Assembly: GCA_045658165.1 (NCBI GenBank) | Contig: JAZOUN010000115.1 | Location: 1,907-65,906, forward strand | Source of the DNA: Acutalibacteraceae bacterium | GTDB taxonomy: Bacteria; Bacillota; Clostridia; Oscillospirales; Acutalibacteraceae | Direction of reading: 5' to 3' | Length of the DNA: 64,000 nt | Part shown: positions 60,232 to 64,000 of the stretch, one piece after another | Layout of the letters: each line of letters opens with the position of its first letter | How positions within the stretch are numbered: position 1 is the stretch's first letter | The notes under the pieces: model-generated | Told to the model about the DNA's origin: nothing | Database searches by the model: none | Seen by the model: the letters and a program-made list of their open reading frames with translations, nothing else | Translations under genes and position numbers: made by a program

Positions 60232-62100
60232 ATGAAACAAACAACAAAACTTTTAGTCAGCCTCATAATCGCAGGAATCATGCTTTTTTCATCTGTAAGC
60301 GTAGGTTTTGCAGCAGACAGCAATGAATGTGACTGCGGTAACACGCCAATGATTCTTGTATCCGGCTTCGGTGCAACAACACTTATTAAAGTCAATGACG
60401 ACGGCACTGAAGAAGTTGCATTCCCGTTCAATGCAGACGTTGTTAAAAAGGTTCTGAGTGAAAACACAGATTCTTTCAGTGCGGATGCTCCTCTTGAATA
60501 CTTCAAAACAGTAGTAAAAGAGCTTGTTGAACCCATCAGAATGAATCCTGACGGAACATCATACTACAATCTCCGTCCTGTTTACGAAACTGTGGAAGAC
60601 ACTTCTTTTGCAGGTTTTGTAAGAAACAATGCACTCAGTTACATTCCCTATACAGGTTCAGAATTCCTTGACATGGAAATCATTGCTGAAAAAATCGGTG
60701 ACGACCATGTTTTCAACTTCATGTATGACTGGCGTCTTTCAGGCGATAAGATTGCAGATCTTCTTGATGAATATATTGAAGAAGTGTGCGAATACACAGG
60801 TCACGACAAGGTTGACGTTTACTCACTCAGCCAGGGCAGCGTTGCTGTAGCGCAGTATCTTTATAAATATGCTCACAAGTGCAGGGTTGAAGATATGGTT
60901 TTTGACAACCCCATACTCGAGGGTTCAAACTTTGTTTCTGACCTTCTTGCACCTATAGGTGAATTCATCAGTCTTGATCTTGAAAGCGTTGCAGATCTTC
61001 TTGAAAGTATTCTTCACATAGAAGCTGATATTTCTGAAATTTTCCGTCTGATAAACGCAATTCCTGCTGAATATACTCTTAACACTATTCTTGATTACGC
61101 GGCAAAAGACCTTATTTACCCCATCGCAAAGGATTCTCCCGCATACCTTGAAATGGTTGTTGACAGCGAATATGACCGTGTTGTAAGAGAATACTTCTCA
61201 GCTCCCGGCAACGAAAAGCTTGTTGAAGAAGCAAATCTTGTAAGAAACGGTTACATGAAAGACGTTGCAGGCACATTCAGAAAAGCTGAACTTTTCGGCG
61301 CAGAAATTTCTGTTATTTCACATACAGGTATTGACCTTGTTACTGCATCAGACATAATTTCTGACGGCATTGTTGACCTTTCAACATCATGCGGTGCATA
61401 CTGTTCAGCAGACGGCAAGCCATTTGCTTCAAATTATATTCAGAAAGCGGATATCGGCAAAAACTGCATTTCACCCGACAGAACAATTGATATCTCATGC
61501 GGTTATATTCCCGAACGCACATGGATTATTGACGGTCTTTACCACGGAATGATCGAATGGGCGCCCAACTCACTCAATCTACTTGAAACACTGTTCTATA
61601 CAGATGATCTCAAGGATGCTTGGAGCAGTGCCGAGTTCCCCCAGTTCATGCAGAGCAACGACAGTAACAGCGATATTTACATGCATTTTGAATCCACAAA
61701 CAGCATGTACGAAGTTGTAAACGGCAACGGTGTTCTTGTTATAGAAAACGTTTCTGCAAGCAACATGATGTTTATTAAAAACATTAAAGTTTCAGGTGTG
61801 GAAAACACTATTGACTACACATTACCTGCAGTTCTTAATCCCGGTGAAAAGATTTACGTTGAAATCGGAACAAAAACAACAGGTTTCGGAAACATCACTG
61901 TAAATTACGTTGAAAGTGACAACTTGCTTAAAATAAAAGCAAAGCAGAAAGCCTTTTCTGTAACCGATAACTACAGCGGTCAGGTACTGGAAGAATCCGA
62001 TAATGATTTTAAGTCAGACAACAGAATTGTTGCTTTTATACTGGATATAACATTCAGAGTTTTTGAATTTTACAAAAACATTTTATCATTATTAGGATAA
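60232..62100 (+). CDS. secreted alpha/beta-hydrolase (lipase/LCAT-like) with a C-terminal beta-rich domain
   Basis: Signal peptide, ILVSGFGATTL oxyanion-type segment and the nucleophile elbow YSLSQGS. Confidence 0.65.
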   Translation: MKQTTKLLVSLIIAGIMLFSSVSVGFAADSNECDCGNTPMILVSGFGATTLIKVNDDGTEEVAFPFNADVVKKVLSENTDSFSADAPLEYFKTVVKELVEPIRMNPDGTSYYNLRPVYETVEDTSFAGFVRNNALSYIPYTGSEFLDMEIIAEKIGDDHVFNFMYDWRLSGDKIADLLDEYIEEVCEYTGHDKVDVYSLSQGSVAVAQYLYKYAHKCRVEDMVFDNPILEGSNFVSDLLAPIGEFISLDLESVADLLESILHIEADISEIFRLINAIPAEYTLNTILDYAAKDLIYPIAKDSPAYLEMVVDSEYDRVVREYFSAPGNEKLVEEANLVRNGYMKDVAGTFRKAELFGAEISVISHTGIDLVTASDIISDGIVDLSTSCGAYCSADGKPFASNYIQKADIGKNCISPDRTIDISCGYIPERTWIIDGLYHGMIEWAPNSLNLLETLFYTDDLKDAWSSAEFPQFMQSNDSNSDIYMHFESTNSMYEVVNGNGVLVIENVSASNMMFIKNIKVSGVENTIDYTLPAVLNPGEKIYVEIGTKTTGFGNITVNYVESDNLLKIKAKQKAFSVTDNYSGQVLEESDNDFKSDNRIVAFILDITFRVFEFYKNILSLLG

Positions 62101-62106
62101 ATTTTC

Positions 62107-62142
62107 ACACAGCATTGTGCATTTGCAATGCTGTGTTTTTTT
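62107..62142 (+). terminator. intrinsic terminator
   Basis: 11-bp perfect stem 62107-62117/62126-62136. T7 follows. Confidence 0.8.
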
Positions 62143-62165
62143 GTGATAATTTTGTTTTAAATTCC

Positions 62166-62194
62166 TTGACAAATCTGTCCCGAAGTTATAAAAT
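62166..62194 (+). promoter_or_regulatory. sigma-A promoter of the corA-paralog leader
   Basis: TTGACA (62166-62171), 17-nt spacer, TAAAAT (62189-62194). Confidence 0.55.
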
Positions 62195-62315
62195 AATGAA
62201 AGAGTATTTATACAAAGGAAGTGATTTTTAATGGTTCCTGACGCGTGTCCGGAAACCGGTATACCCCCCAAACGAAGAATCGCTGAATAAAACAAAACCT
62301 TGAACACTTTTCTCT

Positions 62316-62346
62316 TTTCACGGCTTTGTTTTGTTCGGCCGTGAAA
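62316..62346 (+). promoter_or_regulatory. leader hairpin abutting the SD of the corA paralog
   Basis: 9-bp perfect stem tttcacggc (62316-62324) / gccgtgaaa (62338-62346). Its 3' arm overlaps the SD AAAGGA (62344-62349). Confidence 0.45.
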
Positions 62347-62358
62347 GGATTTGATAAT

Positions 62359-63294
62359 ATGACAAACTGTTACATCACAAGAAACAACTATCTTGAAGAG
62401 TTAACAGGGCCGGAACCCGGCTGTTGGGTGAATCTTGTTGCACCCGGCGAATCGGAAATCAACAGAATTTCCAACAAGTACAATCTCGATATTGATGCAC
62501 TAAAAGCTGCTCTCGACGCAGACGAACGTTCACGTATTGAAATTGAAGATAATTACACAATGATTCTTGTAAATATCCCCACACTTGAAACAGTAACAGA
62601 AACTGAGCTTTACAGCACAATTCCTCTTTCAATCATCGTGGTTGAAGACGCTGTTATTACAGTATGCAGTGAAGACACTCCCATACTCAAGCAGTTTTCA
62701 AACGGCAAAGTAAAGGATTTTTACAGCAATATGAAATCTCGTTTCATTCTGCAGATACTTTATAAAACATCTTCACTTTTCCTGACATATCTTCGTCATA
62801 TCGACAGAAAAAGTGAAAGCGTAGAAAACGAGCTTCATAAATCACAGAGAAACAAAGAGCTTATTGAACTTCTCAAACTTGAAAAATCTCTGGTTTACTT
62901 CACAACAGCTCTTCGTTCAAACGAAGCAATTCTTGAAAAAATGCTCCGTCTTGAAATAATCAAGAAATACCCCGAAGATGTTGACCTGCTTGAAGCCGTT
63001 ATCGTTGAAAACAAACAGGCTATCGAAATGGCAAACATCTACTCAGGTATCTTAAGCGGAACAATGGATGCTTTTGCTTCTGTTATTTCAAACAACCTCA
63101 ACATTGTAATGAAAGTACTTTCAGTTATTACAATTGTGCTTTCAATTCCCACACTTATATTCAGTGCATTCGGAATGAACCTTAATCTTCCCTTTGCAGA
63201 AAGTCCGCTGGGATTCCTGATTGTTGTTGTCGGTGCGCTTGTTATTTCACTGACAGCCATGGTAGTTTTCATGAAGAGCAAAATGCTTAAATAA
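62359..63294 (+). CDS. corA: CorA family divalent-cation transporter (second paralog)
   Basis: Start taken at MTNCYITRNN. C-terminal 2 TM segments with the FGMNL (GMN) motif. Confidence 0.85.
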   Translation: MTNCYITRNNYLEELTGPEPGCWVNLVAPGESEINRISNKYNLDIDALKAALDADERSRIEIEDNYTMILVNIPTLETVTETELYSTIPLSIIVVEDAVITVCSEDTPILKQFSNGKVKDFYSNMKSRFILQILYKTSSLFLTYLRHIDRKSESVENELHKSQRNKELIELLKLEKSLVYFTTALRSNEAILEKMLRLEIIKKYPEDVDLLEAVIVENKQAIEMANIYSGILSGTMDAFASVISNNLNIVMKVLSVITIVLSIPTLIFSAFGMNLNLPFAESPLGFLIVVVGALVISLTAMVVFMKSKMLK

Positions 63295-63298
63295 ACAA

Positions 63299-63333
63299 CA
63301 AAAAAAAGCTGATTCATATGAATCAGCTTTTTA
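63299..63333. terminator. bidirectional terminator
   Basis: agctgatt (63307-63314) pairs with aatcagct (63321-63328), flanked by A8 and T5. Confidence 0.75.
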
Positions 63334-63346
63334 TTATTCATTTGTT

Positions 63347-64000
63347 TTATCTGCCGAGTGACTGATAATTTCTGATGAAATAATATTCCTGCTTGTAAAT
63401 GTCTTTATTTACGATGTTTACAGTCTGATTTCTTACGTCGATACCGAGAAGAAGATTATAAAGGTCAAACTTAAGAGCTATTGAAATGTCACAATTCATA
63501 CTGTATTCTGTTGCGCAGATCTTTTTTGTATCGTGATCAAAGTATATTGAAATGTATGAATCATAGTATGAAATATGATTGGTTGAAACACTCATTGAAC
63601 CGATCATACTTTCAAGTTCACCTGTGAACATTTCATTGAGAGAATTGTATTCTTTCATAACAGATTCATTTGTAGGAACATCAAAACATTTTACATATGC
63701 GCTGTTTGCGTTTGATGCAGTACCTGCAATTTTTTCAGAATTGAAATACACTGTAAGCACATCAAGACCTGTAAGAACAGCAGGAGTAACGCTTGTGCCG
63801 TAGCTTGTCTTGGGGGCGTAAGTATATGTCTGGTTTGTCTTGTATTCAATGCTCTTTACATCACCGATAGCAAGGCTGCTTGAATAATCTTTGCCTATAA
63901 CAGGATAATTATCTGCCTGAGCTTCTTTTATTCCGCTTGAGTATGCGTATGTTGTTACGCCTTTGCCCTTAAGAAGTTCATCACGGATATCCATTGAGCT
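63347..64000 (-). CDS. hypothetical protein, probably 5'-truncated by the window edge
   Basis: The reading frame stays open upstream of the first Met (63994) to the window end. No motif recognised. Confidence 0.5.
   Translation of the reverse strand, partial: SSMDIRDELLKGKGVTTYAYSSGIKEAQADNYPVIGKDYSSSLAIGDVKSIEYKTNQTYTYAPKTSYGTSVTPAVLTGLDVLTVYFNSEKIAGTASNANSAYVKCFDVPTNESVMKEYNSLNEMFTGELESMIGSMSVSTNHISYYDSYISIYFDHDTKKICATEYSMNCDISIALKFDLYNLLLGIDVRNQTVNIVNKDIYKQEYYFIRNYQSLGR

Noticed and set aside
62201-62358. Canonical M-box (Mg2+) riboswitch upstream of corA.
   Set aside because: The conserved 5' core (GUUAGGUGAGGCUCC) and 3' CUAAAGCUC-type elements are not present. I kept it only as an unassigned leader in the findings.

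Overview
The window looks like low-GC Firmicutes (Clostridia) chromosome. It is probably a Ruminococcus-like or Oscillospiraceae gut or rumen organism, judged from two proteins with Ruminococcus-style dockerin repeats (ASDAR..LR.SA.L) and two cohesin-like domains. This taxonomic call is inference.

Most of the window is core, densely packed and confidently readable:
- dnaG-rpoD, rpmE, hflX, nadB-nadC, birA-bioY, typA, proB-proA
- FMN riboswitch-ribU and SAM-I riboswitch-metK
- a BlaI/BlaR1-type pair with twin palindromic operators
- a cell-wall polymer decoration locus (GtrA, FkbM, GDPD, LicD, cytidylyltransferase, flippase, SDR)
- several glycoside hydrolases (GH2, GH30, GH36) with transporters
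- a cluster of secreted/surface proteins

I found no rRNA, CRISPR array, transposase, integrase or recognisable defence ATPase/nuclease.

The least ordinary part is the AT-rich block at about 1110-4466, next to a lone tRNA-Pro(GGG). It holds only small unknown ORFs and about 1.2 kb with no credible coding capacity. That stretch contains (i) a relatively GC-rich, hairpin-dense segment of about 530 nt (2380-2915), which I flag as a candidate large structured ncRNA, and (ii) a tandem set of related modules that each end in an intrinsic terminator (3010-3480).

Secondary oddities:
- a GNAT-2TM-degenerate-PLD-like fusion protein
- a translationally coupled DUF45 metalloprotease/SecB-like pair
- a surface protein with about 10 tandem Cys3-His repeats
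- a 32-codon amphipathic peptide ORF
- an unassigned 160-nt leader upstream of a corA paralog

All functional calls come from reading motifs by eye. No database search was run.
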